A stretch of 64,000 nucleotides of DNA from Terriglobia bacterium (GTDB lineage: Bacteria > Acidobacteriota > Terriglobia > JAJPHL01 > JAPKYU01). The translations under genes were made by a program, and so were the position numbers. Of this stretch, positions 9,819-20,849 are shown piece after piece. The stretch is taken from contig CBDBKE010000002.1 in the NCBI GenBank assembly GCA_965206645.1, forward strand, positions 544,001 to 608,000, written 5' to 3'. Every line of letters begins with the position of its first letter. The stretch's first letter is position 1. The notes under the pieces were generated by a model that had not been told where the DNA came from, did no database searches, and was given only the letters and a program-made list of their open reading frames with translations.

Positions 9819-11087
9819 TTAGTCGGCGGCGACTCGCACCGGCCCCATGTTCTCAATAATGCAGGTAGCGAACTCGCTGGTCTTTACCTTGGTGGCGCCC
9901 TCCATCAGCCGTTCCAGGTCGTAGGTGACCTTCTTTTGCTGAATGGTGTGGGCGATGCCCTCCTCGATCAGGTCCCCGGCTTCACGCCAGCCCAGATAGC
10001 CGAACATCATCGCTCCCGACAGCAGGAGGCTGGAAGGGTTGATCACGTCCTTGTCGGCGTACTTGGGGGCCGTCCCGTGGGTGGCCTCGAAGACCCCGCA
10101 GCCGTCGCCGACGTTGGCGCCCGGCGCCAATCCCAGGCCGCCCACCTGTGCGGCGCAGGCATCCGACAGATAGTCACCGTTCAGGTTCGGCGTGGCCACC
10201 ACCTCGTACTCGTCGGCCCTCGTCAGCACCTGCTGGAACATCGAGTCGGCAATGCGGTCCTTGATCATGACCTTGCCGGCCGGCAGCTTGCCGCCGTGTT
10301 TGCTGCAGACCTCCTCCTCGGAGAGAGTCACGTCGGCGAACTCCTCGCGGGCCAGCTCGTAGCCCCAGTCGCGGAACGCCCCCTCGGTGAATTTCATGAT
10401 GTTGCCCTTGTGCACCAGCGTCACGCTCCGAAGGCCGTTTTCCAGGGCATAGCGAATGGCCTGGCGGACCAGCCGTTTCGATCCGGCCACCGAAATCGGC
10501 TTGACGCCGATGCCGGAATCGGACCGCACGTTGTGGCCCATCTCGGTGTTCAGGAAGCGGATCACCTTCTCTACCTCTGGCGTGCCCTGCTTCCACTCGA
10601 TGCCGGCGTACACGTCCTCGGTGTTCTCGCGAAAGATCACGACATTCATGCGCTCTGGGTGCCGGACCGGCGAGGGGACACCAGGGAAATAGCGCACCGG
10701 GCGCCAGCAAGCGTAGAGGTTCAGCACCTGGCGCAAGGTCACGTTCAGGCTGCGGATGCCGCCGCCCACCGGGGTGGTCAGCGGGCCCTTGATGCCGATA
10801 CGGAAGTGCTGGATGGCGTCCACCGTGCCCTGGGGCAGCCATTCGTTGAACCGCTGCTTGGCCTTCTCACCGGCAAACACTTCGTACCAAACAACCCGCC
10901 GCCGGCCGCCGTAGGCCCTCTCCACGGCTGCATCAAAGACACGCCGGGCAGCCTTCCAGATGTCGCGCCCGGTGCCATCCCCCTCGATGAAGGGCAGGAT
11001 GGGGTTGTCCGGAACTAGGTACTTGCCGTCTCGATACTCGATTTTGGCTCCCTCGTTGGGAACGGGAACACCATTAAACGAGCTCAT
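9819..11087 (-). CDS. icd: Isocitrate dehydrogenase (NADP)
   Basis: [42 protein letters not shown]; start moved to MSSFNG. Confidence 0.96.
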   Translation of the reverse strand: MSSFNGVPVPNEGAKIEYRDGKYLVPDNPILPFIEGDGTGRDIWKAARRVFDAAVERAYGGRRRVVWYEVFAGEKAKQRFNEWLPQGTVDAIQHFRIGIKGPLTTPVGGGIRSLNVTLRQVLNLYACWRPVRYFPGVPSPVRHPERMNVVIFRENTEDVYAGIEWKQGTPEVEKVIRFLNTEMGHNVRSDSGIGVKPISVAGSKRLVRQAIRYALENGLRSVTLVHKGNIMKFTEGAFRDWGYELAREEFADVTLSEEEVCSKHGGKLPAGKVMIKDRIADSMFQQVLTRADEYEVVATPNLNGDYLSDACAAQVGGLGLAPGANVGDGCGVFEATHGTAPKYADKDVINPSSLLLSGAMMFGYLGWREAGDLIEEGIAHTIQQKKVTYDLERLMEGATKVKTSEFATCIIENMGPVRVAAD

Positions 11088-11264
11088 AAACCTATGCGCT
11101 CCTTCCTCCCAGACTGCCCACTTCCCCTCCCGAACGAAAGTTAGCACCCTCGGCACACGCTTTTCAACTGGCAGCCTGCCCGGTGGCAAGACGCGTTCTC
11201 GGCTGTTGTAAGCCGCGCGGAAAGTGTTTGCAGGACAGCGGGCATTTCGATACTTTGAACCGAG

Positions 11265-12689
11265 ATGGAGCAGCAGGCCCAAGGCGCAGTTCCTATAGAC
11301 CCCTACACCTTATCGGAAGACGCGGTCCGGGAACCGCCGACTTCGCTGCGGCAATCGTTGCGCCACGTCGGTCCCGGTCTGATCCTTGCCGCTACTATCG
11401 TGGGCACCGGAGAGCTGATCGCCACCACGCACGTGGGCGCGCAGGCGGGCTTCGCCCTGCTGTGGCTGGTGATTGTGAGTTGTTTCATCAAGACTTTCGC
11501 GCAAATCGAGCTGGCGCGCTACACCATCTCCTCAGGCCTGACGACGTTCGACGGGTTTCGGCAACTGCCCGGGCCAGGCTTCCTGCTGCCCTGGTGGTGG
11601 CTGGTGATGATGCTGGCGGTCCAGGCGCAGTTGGCAGCTATGGTGGGCGGCATTGGCCAGGCGATCCACATGGCTGTGCCTGGCCTTTCCTCTGCGATCG
11701 CTGAGGCGGTGGGCCTGGCTGCCCGGCCCGAGTTACCTTGGGCGGTGCTGGTTGCGCTGCTGACGGCAACGCTTCTGGCGGTGGGCACCTACTCGGTGGT
11801 GGAGCGCAGCTCCGTCCTGCTGGTGGCGGTCTTCACGCTGATGACGGTGGGCTGCGTGCTGCTGCTGCCCTGGACCGGCCACTCCTTTGGCTGGCGCGAG
11901 ATCTCCTCCGGGCTTTCCTTTCAGATCCCCCCCCATGCAGTTGGGGCGGCGTTTGCCATGTTTGGCATCACCGGGGTGGGCGCCACCGAACTGATCGCCT
12001 ACCCCTACTTTTGCATCGAGAAAGGCTATGCGCGCCACGTCGGCCCGCGCAGCACGGATGAGGCCTGGATCCGACGCGCCCGCGGGTGGCTGCGCGTGAT
12101 GCGCTTGGACGCCTTTCTCAGCATGGTCGTGTTCACGGTGGCCACACTGGCCTTCTATCTGCTAGGGGCCTCGGTCTTACACCAATACACCGGACCGGAA
12201 GGGTTGCCGGGTACTGTCAGCGGCCTGTTGCAAGCTCTTTCGCGAATGTACGTGCCCGTGCTGGGTGAGCGCGCGGCTCTCTGGTTCATTGTGATCGGCG
12301 CCTTCGCCGTGCTGTTCTCTACTTTCTTTGTCTCCAACGCCACCATCGGTCGCACCCTGACCGATTTTCTGAAGGTGAATGGCTTCATCCGGCTCACCCA
12401 CCCGGGCGACCGGTGGTGGTGGGTTCGCCGCTTCTCCTTCGTGTTCCCGTTTGTGCATCTCTGCCTGTTTGTGTGGGTTGCCAACCCGGTGCAGCTGGTC
12501 ATTATTGGCGGGTTTGGCCAGGCACTGACGCTGCCCATGATCGCCGCCGCTGCCGTCTACATGCGTTACCGCAGAAGCGACCGTCGCCTCATCCCAGGCT
12601 TGTTGTGGGATGTCTTCCTGTGGCTTTCCCTGCTGGGCTTCTTCGCCACCGCCATCTACGGCGTCTGGATCACCTACCAGAAGTTGTAG
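11265..12689 (+). CDS. Nramp-like/APC superfamily membrane transporter
   Basis: [19 protein letters not shown]1 motif; about 11 hydrophobic segments. Confidence 0.8.
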   Translation: MEQQAQGAVPIDPYTLSEDAVREPPTSLRQSLRHVGPGLILAATIVGTGELIATTHVGAQAGFALLWLVIVSCFIKTFAQIELARYTISSGLTTFDGFRQLPGPGFLLPWWWLVMMLAVQAQLAAMVGGIGQAIHMAVPGLSSAIAEAVGLAARPELPWAVLVALLTATLLAVGTYSVVERSSVLLVAVFTLMTVGCVLLLPWTGHSFGWREISSGLSFQIPPHAVGAAFAMFGITGVGATELIAYPYFCIEKGYARHVGPRSTDEAWIRRARGWLRVMRLDAFLSMVVFTVATLAFYLLGASVLHQYTGPEGLPGTVSGLLQALSRMYVPVLGERAALWFIVIGAFAVLFSTFFVSNATIGRTLTDFLKVNGFIRLTHPGDRWWWVRRFSFVFPFVHLCLFVWVANPVQLVIIGGFGQALTLPMIAAAAVYMRYRRSDRRLIPGLLWDVFLWLSLLGFFATAIYGVWITYQKL

Positions 12690-12740
12690 TGAGTACGGCT
12701 TTCGACTTCAGTCCTTGCACTTCGTATTGTTGACTCTGAC

Positions 12741-15700
12741 CTACCCGAAGATTTCGTGGAAGACATCGCGGATCCTCGACGTGACTGTTTCCAGAGACTC
12801 CGCAAGGGGACGGCCGCGCAGGGCCTGGGGCAGCCAGCGCTCGGCCAGCCCTGCCAACGCTTCGGCCTGGGGGTCGGCCACGGGCAATTCGCTGTCCGAG
12901 CGCCCTGTGGAGACGCGTAGCGCGTGCTCCAACCCGCGCAGAAACATTGCTCCCTCGCGCAACGTCTGGACCTGGTCGGGGCGCAACTGGCTCATCCACT
13001 CGACCACTCGCAGCCGGTCCAGAGTGTTCAGTGAGGGGAAAAAGACCTGGGCCGCCTGCAGGCGCAGATAGGTCAGGATGAAATCAATATCGTAGTAGCC
13101 GCCCGGGGCGGTCTTGAGCCGGTTGTGAGGGGTGGTGATGGCTTCCAGCTTCTTGCGCATCTCGGCCAGCTTTTGGGCGGCCTCCGGTCCCTGTCCAAAG
13201 CGCTCACCGATCGTGTTCTGGATGCGCGCCAGCAGCACCGTGCCCTCGGCTACGTCGCCGGCTACCACTCGCGATTTCATGTAGGTGACGGCTTCCCAGG
13301 GCTGCGCCGCCGAGGCGAAATATTCGGCAAAGCCCGCTTCGGCTTCCACCAGTTCGCCCTCGCGGCCGCGTGGGCGCAGGCGTGTATCCACCGCAAAGAT
13401 AGTTCCCTCCCCGGTGTAGGCCGACAGAATCTCGATCATCCGTTCCGCCACCCGCGTCCAGAAGTGTTTGGCCTCCGGATCGCCGCCGCGGTAGAGAAAG
13501 GCCAGGTCGGCGTCGGAGGCGATGTCGAATTCGCGGATGCCCAGGCGCCCCAGCGCCAGCACGATCAGGTCTCCGACGGGGTGGGCCATCGTGCGCGCCG
13601 TTTCCTTCACCGCCGCCTGGTAGGCGGCGCGCAACGCCTGCTCGGCCAGCGCGCTGGTGGCTTCCAGCGTGGAGAAAACCGGAACGGGGCCTAGCAGGCT
13701 ATGGGCGTGCACCCGCATTAGGTTCCGGCGGTGATGCCGGCGCATCAGGGCCATCTTCTCGGCGAGAGGGGCTTCGGAACAGGCCACGTGCATCAGCAGT
13801 GGGTCATCCTGCACCGTGTAGGCGGCTTCGACCCGGAACCGTCCCTGCTCCTCCAAGGCCAGCGTTTCGCCCGCTGGCGGCAGCTCAAGCAACTCGGAAA
13901 TTTCCATCGGGTGGCGCACCAGCATCTCGCTCAGAAACGGGCTGTGCTCAAATAAGTCCGCGGCCCGCTCCAGTACTTGCGGGTGCTGGCAGAGGAAGGC
14001 GAACTCCTCCGCGCCAGCGTAGGCGCTGGTGATGAATCTCTGCAGGGCTTTCCGCCCGCGCCGCAGCGGTAGCTGGGAAATCTCCTGGTAGAGGGGTGGG
14101 CAGTTGCTCTCGATGTAGCGCAGCAGTTCGGGATAGCCGTGCTCCCCGGTGGTGAATGGGGCCTCGGGCTCAAGCCGGAACGGGCGGTGAGCAATCTTCG
14201 AGGGCGAGTGGGCCAGGATTAGCCGGTCGTAAATCTCGCGCACCTGGTTCATGTGCCGCTCGACTTCGGCCAGCAGAATCTCGGCCGCCTCCTGATGCGG
14301 CTCGCCGACCTCGGTGCCGACGGCTGCGGCCCGGCGTGTGGCTTTCCCGCCGGTGACGCCCGTGTGCTGGTCCAGGCGGGCGCGGCGCGCCAGCACGGCC
14401 AGCGCGTCGGGCGAGGTAGGCAAGCGGTGCGTCTGCTGGCCGCGGTCCAGTTGCAGCAGGTGCTCGATGTGGCGCAGGAACAGGTAGGCGCGGCTCAGCG
14501 GGCCGTAGTCGCGCTGCCGCAGGTAGCCCTTCTCAGCCAGCTTTTGCAGGGCAAACAGGGTCCCGCCGGAGCGCAGCCAGCTCTGCTGCCCCCCGTACAG
14601 CCGCTGCAGACACTGAGCCAGAAATTCGATATCACGGATGCCGCCCCGTTCCAGCTTGACGTTAATGCCCGGGTTCCGTAAGGAACGCCGCTCGAGAGCG
14701 GTGCTGATGCGTTCCCGGGCAAACAGCACGCTGTCAATGGCCGCGAAGTTCACCGAGGTGCGGTAGATGAGCGGTTGGACGTACTCCAGGAAATCGCGCG
14801 CTAAAGCCGCGTCGCCAGCCGAGTGGCGGGCCTTGGCCAGTGCCTGCAGTTCCCAGTCCCGGGCACGCTCGCCGTAGTACTGGCGCGCGCCCTCCAGCGA
14901 AATGGCCAGGTCGCCTTCCCCGCCTTGGGGGCGCAGGCGCAGGTCCACCCGGAACACCATCCCCTCGGGGCCAAATTCCGTCAGCGTGCCCACCACCCGG
15001 TGCGCCAGTTTGACGAAGTACTCCTTGTTGGAAATTCCCCCGCTGGTCTCGCCATTGCCACGGTAAAGAAAGACCAGGTCAATGTCGGAGCTGTAGTTTA
15101 GCTCGTTGCCGCCGAGTTTGCCCATGGAGAGGATAGTCATGGGGCACTCGGCATTTTCACTGCCGGCGGCATCCTTGGTCTCAGGCAGGGGGGTCTCAAG
15201 CAGCGGCTTGCCGTAGCGTTCCTCCAATTCCGCCTGGGCGTGTTGCAGCGAGTATTCGAGGATCGCGTCGGCTAGCCCGGACAGCTCCAGCGTGATCTCC
15301 GGCAGCGTCGCCAGATGTAGGACGTCGCGCAAGACGATGCGCAGGTACTCGCGCCGCTTGAACCGGGCCAACAGTGTTGCAAGTTCGACGCCGGATTGCT
15401 GCGGTTCGTCCGCGAATGCGCTCAGCGAATGGGACATCTCCTCCCCCGTTTTCACCCGGTACAGGGTCGGCTCCCGCTCCAGCCAGAGGGCCAGATCTGG
15501 CTGGCGAATCAGCGTGTTGGCCAGGAACTGGCTGTAAGCAAACAGGGTCAGCAGATGGTGCAATGCCGGCGGATGCAGCCCCAGATACTCGCGGACCTCG
15601 GGCGTCGCCGAAGCTGCGAAGCGTTCCAGGTTGCTGAGCGCCGTATCGGGATCCGGGACGCTGGGGAGAAGGCGCGGCAGCGCTTGCTGCGCCGCCGGTG

Positions 15701-15782
15701 GCAGCTCCCGCTCGAGCCGCGCCAAGTTTTCCCTCGCGCGCGCCGGCTGGAGAAACTGGACTGATCTCAACGCCGCTTCCAC
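12741..15782 (-). CDS. glnE: Glutamine synthetase adenylyltransferase/adenylyl-removing enzyme
   Basis: Two NTase repeats (MGKLGGNELNYSSDIDL; LGRLGIREFDIASDADL), VDLRLRP, KLERGGIRDIEF. Confidence 0.93.
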   Translation of the reverse strand: MEAALRSVQFLQPARARENLARLERELPPAAQQALPRLLPSVPDPDTALSNLERFAASATPEVREYLGLHPPALHHLLTLFAYSQFLANTLIRQPDLALWLEREPTLYRVKTGEEMSHSLSAFADEPQQSGVELATLLARFKRREYLRIVLRDVLHLATLPEITLELSGLADAILEYSLQHAQAELEERYGKPLLETPLPETKDAAGSENAECPMTILSMGKLGGNELNYSSDIDLVFLYRGNGETSGGISNKEYFVKLAHRVVGTLTEFGPEGMVFRVDLRLRPQGGEGDLAISLEGARQYYGERARDWELQALAKARHSAGDAALARDFLEYVQPLIYRTSVNFAAIDSVLFARERISTALERRSLRNPGINVKLERGGIRDIEFLAQCLQRLYGGQQSWLRSGGTLFALQKLAEKGYLRQRDYGPLSRAYLFLRHIEHLLQLDRGQQTHRLPTSPDALAVLARRARLDQHTGVTGGKATRRAAAVGTEVGEPHQEAAEILLAEVERHMNQVREIYDRLILAHSPSKIAHRPFRLEPEAPFTTGEHGYPELLRYIESNCPPLYQEISQLPLRRGRKALQRFITSAYAGAEEFAFLCQHPQVLERAADLFEHSPFLSEMLVRHPMEISELLELPPAGETLALEEQGRFRVEAAYTVQDDPLLMHVACSEAPLAEKMALMRRHHRRNLMRVHAHSLLGPVPVFSTLEATSALAEQALRAAYQAAVKETARTMAHPVGDLIVLALGRLGIREFDIASDADLAFLYRGGDPEAKHFWTRVAERMIEILSAYTGEGTIFAVDTRLRPRGREGELVEAEAGFAEYFASAAQPWEAVTYMKSRVVAGDVAEGTVLLARIQNTIGERFGQGPEAAQKLAEMRKKLEAITTPHNRLKTAPGGYYDIDFILTYLRLQAAQVFFPSLNTLDRLRVVEWMSQLRPDQVQTLREGAMFLRGLEHALRVSTGRSDSELPVADPQAEALAGLAERWLPQALRGRPLAESLETVTSRIRDVFHEIFG

Positions 15783-15849
15783 GTTCGCTTATATAGCATA
15801 GCCCGTCTGCGCTCTGGCGCAGTACAATCAGCGGCTGTACAATCAGCGA

Positions 15850-16503
15850 ATGCGGCGGCCACTCGGTTCCAGCGCCCAGCGGGTTCACAGCCCAGGGCTC
15901 CTGTGGCGGCTGTATCTCAGCCTGCGGGGCTCCGAACAGGTGCTGGTGCGGCCGGCGCCGGAACTGCCGCTGGTCTTGATTGCCCACTTGCGGCGCGAGC
16001 GGGCTCCCGCCGCTGAATTGCGAGGCGCGCTGGAAGAAACCTGGCTGACGATTCCCACTGCCATTCGCCGGCAGTACGAGGCAGTCCTGAAGAAAGTGCC
16101 GCCGATCGTGGTGGTCATCCTGCGGCGCCGAAACCCCTGCGGGTGCCTGGGGCATCACCATCGTCCGGGAACGGAAACGCGCATTGCCCGCAAACTGCGA
16201 ACCCTTAGCGGGGTGCCGGTAGGCGAGCTGGACCTGGCCTTTCAAACCATCCGCGAGTGGCAGCCGCTATTGCTCTCCGACCTGGCCATTGAACCTGCCG
16301 TACAACAGGCAGACCGGGAAGAGCTGGAGGTGTTCCGCTATCGGCTGGGCCTGCTCGACGTGTTCCTTCACGAGTTGCACCACTACGCCGCGCCCCAGGA
16401 GGCCGAGCGGGCGGTGCGTGAGCGCAGCCAGCGCTTCTACACCCAGGTACTCGATACCTTCATGCGGGCGCGATTCGGTGTACGCTACGGGCTGCAGCAA
16501 TGA
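15850..16503 (+). CDS. Hypothetical protein with HExxH and CxCxGHHH motifs
   Basis: 217-aa ORF with TACAAT 6 nt before ATG; FLHELHH and NPCGCLGHHH. Confidence 0.7.
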   Translation: MRRPLGSSAQRVHSPGLLWRLYLSLRGSEQVLVRPAPELPLVLIAHLRRERAPAAELRGALEETWLTIPTAIRRQYEAVLKKVPPIVVVILRRRNPCGCLGHHHRPGTETRIARKLRTLSGVPVGELDLAFQTIREWQPLLLSDLAIEPAVQQADREELEVFRYRLGLLDVFLHELHHYAAPQEAERAVRERSQRFYTQVLDTFMRARFGVRYGLQQ

Positions 16504-16562
16504 GCGCGCATCATTAATCAGCAGCCGACATTGGCAGACGACCGGAATGAAAGGAGACACCC

Positions 16563-16874
16563 ATGGCTGAATTTGTCAAAGTGGCTACCACGGCGGAGTT
16601 TGGAGACCCCTTGAGTGGCAAGCTGGTAGAAGTCGCTGGGCGCGCGGTCGCCCTGTTCCAGGTTGGCGGCAAGTACTACGCCATTGAAGACACCTGCACG
16701 CACGCAGGCGGGCCATTGTCGGAGGGTTTACTGGAGGGCAACGAGGTAACCTGCCCCTGGCACGGCGCCCACTTTGACGTCACCACGGGCGAAGTCAAGG
16801 GGCCGCCCGCCCGCGCCCAGGTCCAATCGTTTCCGGTGCGCGTTGTTGGCTCCGACATCGAAGTGGAAATGTAA
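16563..16874 (+). CDS. Rieske [2Fe-2S] ferredoxin
   Basis: CTH...CPWHG; strong SD (AAGGAG). Confidence 0.93.
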   Translation: MAEFVKVATTAEFGDPLSGKLVEVAGRAVALFQVGGKYYAIEDTCTHAGGPLSEGLLEGNEVTCPWHGAHFDVTTGEVKGPPARAQVQSFPVRVVGSDIEVEM

Positions 16875-16912
16875 CGGGAGCTGTGTTCTCAGTCTCGACT
16901 GGAGGAAACGGA

Positions 16913-17305
16913 ATGATTTCAAGAGCGATACATTGCAGGCTGGTGGTTTTGGCCGTCACCCTAGCTCTGTTCTGGGCAGCGGTGGTTGTCGGTCAGAACA
17001 CGTTCGGAGCGCCCAAGACCCTGGTGCACATAGTCACGATTCAGTGGAAGCCGGATGCCACCGACGCCGACAAGCAGAAGGCACTGGACGGAGTCAAAGA
17101 AATGGCCGCGGCGATACCCGGCATCAAGAACGTGTGGATCAAAGCCACCAAGGTTCAGCCGGCCGACTTCAACGCCGTCTTCGTGATCGAGTTTGAAAAC
17201 CCGGAGGCGCTCAAGCGGTACGCCGACCACCCGGCGCACGAGAAATGGCAAGAGCATTACTCGGCCGTCCGCGCCTCCAGCTACAACAGCGTGGTCAGCA
17301 ACTGA
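16913..17305 (+). CDS. Dabb (stress-responsive alpha/beta barrel) protein with signal peptide
   Basis: HIVTIQWK, IPGI, F...AL..YADHPAH; GGAGG SD. Confidence 0.85.
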   Translation: MISRAIHCRLVVLAVTLALFWAAVVVGQNTFGAPKTLVHIVTIQWKPDATDADKQKALDGVKEMAAAIPGIKNVWIKATKVQPADFNAVFVIEFENPEALKRYADHPAHEKWQEHYSAVRASSYNSVVSN

Positions 17306-17454
17306 ACCGCGGCTCGCGGGGCTGAGCGGCAGAGGTCTGCGGGGAAGGCTGTGTCCGCGCCCGTAGCTGCGTCAGGGCGAATCTCTTCGTGCCGGGAACA
17401 TCCCGCTTCATGCCGGGAACATCCCGCCTGGGGCAGCGTATAATCAAACGAGAA

Positions 17455-18675
17455 ATGAATTTCCGCGAAATGGCGGCGATGGCGTGGACGAGTGTGCGCG
17501 CGTACCGGTTGCGCTTCTTTCTCACCCAACTGGGTCTGGCGATGGGGGTGGCCACGATCATTACCGTGATGACCCTCATCCAGGGCGCCAACGCCTACGT
17601 CAAAGACAAGATTGCCAACCTGGGCATTGATGTCTTTCAAGTTTCCAAGACGCCAGTGGCCATCTCTGACTTTGAAGAGTACCTGCGGGCCCGGCGCAAC
17701 AAGGACATCGTGGTGGAGGATCTGGAGGCGGTTCGCGAGCGGTGCCGCCACTGCGCTGCCGTAGGAGCGCAGGTGGATGCTCCGGCGCGGGCACGCTACC
17801 GCGACCAGGAACTGGCCGACGTCCACATACTCGGCCAGACGGCCAACATGAGCAACATCGGCACCCGCATCGTGGAGCGCGGTCGTTATTTCAGCCCATT
17901 TGAGGAGCAGAAGGCTGCCCCAGTCTGCGTCATCGGCCACGGCCTGGTCGAACACCTGTTCCCCGCCACTGACCCCCTGGACAAGGTGGTGCGTGTGGGT
18001 TCGCAGCAACTGCGGGTGGTGGGCACGACCGAGGAAATCGGCTCCATCTTGGGCCAGGAGCAGGACAATTTCCTGATTCTGCCGCTCCCGCTCTTCTTCA
18101 AGCTGCGCGGCCCACGCCACAGCCTGAAGCTGCACGTGCAGGCCCCAGGCGAGGCGGCCTACCAGGCGGCGCAGGACGAAGTGCGGGTCGTGCTGCGTGC
18201 CCGCCGACACGTCGCCCCAGGAGCCAAAGAAGATTTCTACATCGTTACCCCGGACTCTTACCTGGACCTGTGGCGTTCCATCAGTTCCGCGTTTTTTGTG
18301 GTGTTTGTCCTGATTTCTTTGATTGCCGCTGTGGTGGGAGGCATTGTCATCATGAACATCATGCTGGTCTCCGTCACCGAGCGCACCAAGGAGATCGGGG
18401 TGCGCCGGGCGTGCGGAGCCCGCCAGCAGGACATCCTGCGCCAGTTTCTGGCAGAGGCGCTGCTGTCGTGTGTCCTCGGCGGGGTGGTGGGGGTGTTGAT
18501 CGGCTTCGGGGCGGCGACGGCCCTCAGAAACTTCACCAGCTTTCCGGCCGAGGTTCGGCTGTGGGTAGCGGTGCTGGGCGTGGTGTTGGCCTCCTCGATC
18601 GGGTTGTTTTTCGGAATCTACCCGGCGACCCAGGCCGCCCGCCTGGACCCGGTGGTGGCCCTGAGGAGCGAATGA
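17455..18675 (+). CDS. MacB/FtsX-like ABC transporter permease
   Basis: GGIVIMNIMLVSVTERTKEIGVRRACGA; PATQAARLDPV; TATAAT at 17439. Confidence 0.92.
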   Translation: MNFREMAAMAWTSVRAYRLRFFLTQLGLAMGVATIITVMTLIQGANAYVKDKIANLGIDVFQVSKTPVAISDFEEYLRARRNKDIVVEDLEAVRERCRHCAAVGAQVDAPARARYRDQELADVHILGQTANMSNIGTRIVERGRYFSPFEEQKAAPVCVIGHGLVEHLFPATDPLDKVVRVGSQQLRVVGTTEEIGSILGQEQDNFLILPLPLFFKLRGPRHSLKLHVQAPGEAAYQAAQDEVRVVLRARRHVAPGAKEDFYIVTPDSYLDLWRSISSAFFVVFVLISLIAAVVGGIVIMNIMLVSVTERTKEIGVRRACGARQQDILRQFLAEALLSCVLGGVVGVLIGFGAATALRNFTSFPAEVRLWVAVLGVVLASSIGLFFGIYPATQAARLDPVVALRSE

Positions 18676-18710
18676 AAAAAGCAGGTTTCACGTGTCAGAC
18701 TCAGCAAACC

Positions 18711-18754
18711 CCTGACATCTGAACCTAGCACTTGATACCTGAAACCTGGCACCT
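18711..18754. repeat. Degenerate heptamer repeat (CCTGAAA-type), about 6 units
   Basis: cctgaca tctgaa cctagca cttgata cctgaaa cctggca. Confidence 0.6.
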
Positions 18755-18760
18755 ATTCTG

Positions 18761-20014
18761 ATGACGCGTGATGAACTGAAAGAGAATTTCCTGGTCGCAA
18801 TGGACACGCTGCGGGTGCGCAAGCGGCGCTCGGCGCTGACCGTGCTGGGAATTGTCATTGGAGTGACTTCGGTCATCGCCGTGGCGGCCATCATCCAGGG
18901 GCTCAACCGCCATGTGGGCGACCGGGTGCAGTCGTTCGGCTCGCGCGTGCTTTTTCTCAGCCGCATGCCCTTTGGCCGCTTCGGACGCCTGCCGGAGAAG
19001 ATCCGGCTGCGCAAGCACTTTCGCTACAAAGACGCGCGCTACATCCGGGAACGCTGCCGCTCCTGCGAGTACGTCACCGCTTTCGGCACGCGGGCCCTTT
19101 TCTTTGGGGGAAGCAACGAAATCCGCGCCGGACGCGAGCAGGTAAAGGACCCCATCCTGCGCGGCGCCGACCCCGAGTACGCCGAAGTCCTCCCGCTGTT
19201 TGGCGTCCGCGACGGGCGCTTCATCAGTCCCTATGACCTGGCGCACAGCCGCTACGTGTGCGTGCTGGGGGCGGCCGTAGCCACCTCGCTGTTTCCCAAC
19301 GTGGACCCGGTGGGCCGCGAGGTCGTTCTGAACGGCTTGCGCTTTGAGGTCATCGGGGTGATGGAGAAGGATGCCGGGCTGTTCGGCCAGTCGGGTGTGA
19401 ATCGGTTCGTCATCATTCCCTACTCCACCTTCCACAAGCTTTACCCGGAGAGCCGCGAACACTTCCTTGCGGTCAGCACACTCGACCCGTCGCTCCTGTC
19501 GCAGACCAAGGACGAAGTGACACATATCGTGCGGCGCCTGCGGCGGGTGCCGCTCAGTGCCGAGAATGACTTTGAGATCGCAACCCCGGATTTCCTCACC
19601 GACCTGTGGGAGCAGTTGACCGGGGCGTTGGTCCTGCTGACGGCTGTGATCAGCTCCATCGGCCTGTTGGTGGGTGGCATCGGGGTGATGAACATCATGC
19701 TGATCTCGGTGACCGAGCGGACCCAGGAAATCGGCATCCGCAAGGCCGTGGGTGCGCGGCGGCAGGATATCCGCGCCCAGTTCCTGATCGAAGCCATCAC
19801 TCTGACCAGTTTTGGTGGCGTGCTGGGCATTGTGCTGGGTATTGCAGTGAGCTGGACGGTGCATCTGGTGTTTCCCCTGTTGCCGACCGAAGTTTCCCTC
19901 CTGTGGGTGACACTAGGGTTCTTGATCTCTGTCTCGGTGGGCCTGTTTTTTGGCTTTTACCCGGCCAATCGCGCCGCCAACCTCGATCCCATCACGTGCC
20001 TGCGCTATGAATGA
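18761..20014 (+). CDS. MacB/FtsX-like ABC transporter permease
   Basis: RSALTVLGIVIGV; GGIGVMNIMLISVTERTQEIGIRKAVGA. Confidence 0.93.
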   Translation: MTRDELKENFLVAMDTLRVRKRRSALTVLGIVIGVTSVIAVAAIIQGLNRHVGDRVQSFGSRVLFLSRMPFGRFGRLPEKIRLRKHFRYKDARYIRERCRSCEYVTAFGTRALFFGGSNEIRAGREQVKDPILRGADPEYAEVLPLFGVRDGRFISPYDLAHSRYVCVLGAAVATSLFPNVDPVGREVVLNGLRFEVIGVMEKDAGLFGQSGVNRFVIIPYSTFHKLYPESREHFLAVSTLDPSLLSQTKDEVTHIVRRLRRVPLSAENDFEIATPDFLTDLWEQLTGALVLLTAVISSIGLLVGGIGVMNIMLISVTERTQEIGIRKAVGARRQDIRAQFLIEAITLTSFGGVLGIVLGIAVSWTVHLVFPLLPTEVSLLWVTLGFLISVSVGLFFGFYPANRAANLDPITCLRYE

Positions 20015-20738
20015 TCGTGCCGGTACGCGCAACCTGCGACCGGCTTTGTGGGTCGTGCTTCTGGTGCTGGCCTCGCTCAGCGCGGCGGCCTGCCCGCCGC
20101 GCGACGAACCGCCGGAGCAGGCGCGCGCCCGCATGGTGCGCGAACAGATCGAAGCGCGTGACGTGCACAACCCGCGGGTGCTGGAGGCCATGCGGAAAGT
20201 GCCCCGGCACCTCTTCGTCAGGCCTTCGCTGGCCAGGCGGGCCTACGACGACACACCCCTACCCACGGCCGCCGGCCAAACCATCTCCCAACCTTACATT
20301 GTGGCCTTCATGACCGAGCAACTACAGCCGGAGAAGGAGCACGTTGCCCTGGAAGTCGGCACCGGATCCGGCTACCAGACCGCGGTGCTGTCCTTGCTGA
20401 TCTCCAAGGTGTACACCATCGAGATTGTGCCTGAGCTGGCGCGGAGCTCGGCAGAGCGGCTCAAGAAACTGGGCTACAACAACGTGGAAGTGCGCCAGGG
20501 CGACGGCAACCATGGCTGGCCTGAGCACGCGCCCTACGACTTGATCATTGTCACCGCGTCGCCCACAGAAATCCCGCCGGCGCTGCTCGACCAGCTGAAG
20601 CCGGGCGGACGCATGGTGATCCCGACAGGCCCCTCGGGGAATCAGCACTTGCGCCTGGTGGAGAAGAATCAGCACGGCCGCTACGTTGTCCGGTCGGTGC
20701 TTCCCGTTTCGTTTGTTCCCCTGGTGCGGGGCCCATAA
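20007..20738 (+). CDS. pcm: Protein-L-isoaspartate O-methyltransferase with hydrophobic N-terminal leader
   Basis: VPRHLFV, GQTISQPY, LEVGTGSGYQ, APYDLIIVTA, QLKPGGRMVIP. Confidence 0.93.
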   Translation: MNDRAGTRNLRPALWVVLLVLASLSAAACPPRDEPPEQARARMVREQIEARDVHNPRVLEAMRKVPRHLFVRPSLARRAYDDTPLPTAAGQTISQPYIVAFMTEQLQPEKEHVALEVGTGSGYQTAVLSLLISKVYTIEIVPELARSSAERLKKLGYNNVEVRQGDGNHGWPEHAPYDLIIVTASPTEIPPALLDQLKPGGRMVIPTGPSGNQHLRLVEKNQHGRYVVRSVLPVSFVPLVRGP

Positions 20739-20849
20739 CGAGCCGGCGACTAGCAGGCACGATTTCCGGCACGCCCAGTTCCCGGCAGGCCCAGTTTGGG
20801 CAGGCTTGGATACGTTCTGCCATGATGGATTCATGGTAAAATGAAGGAC

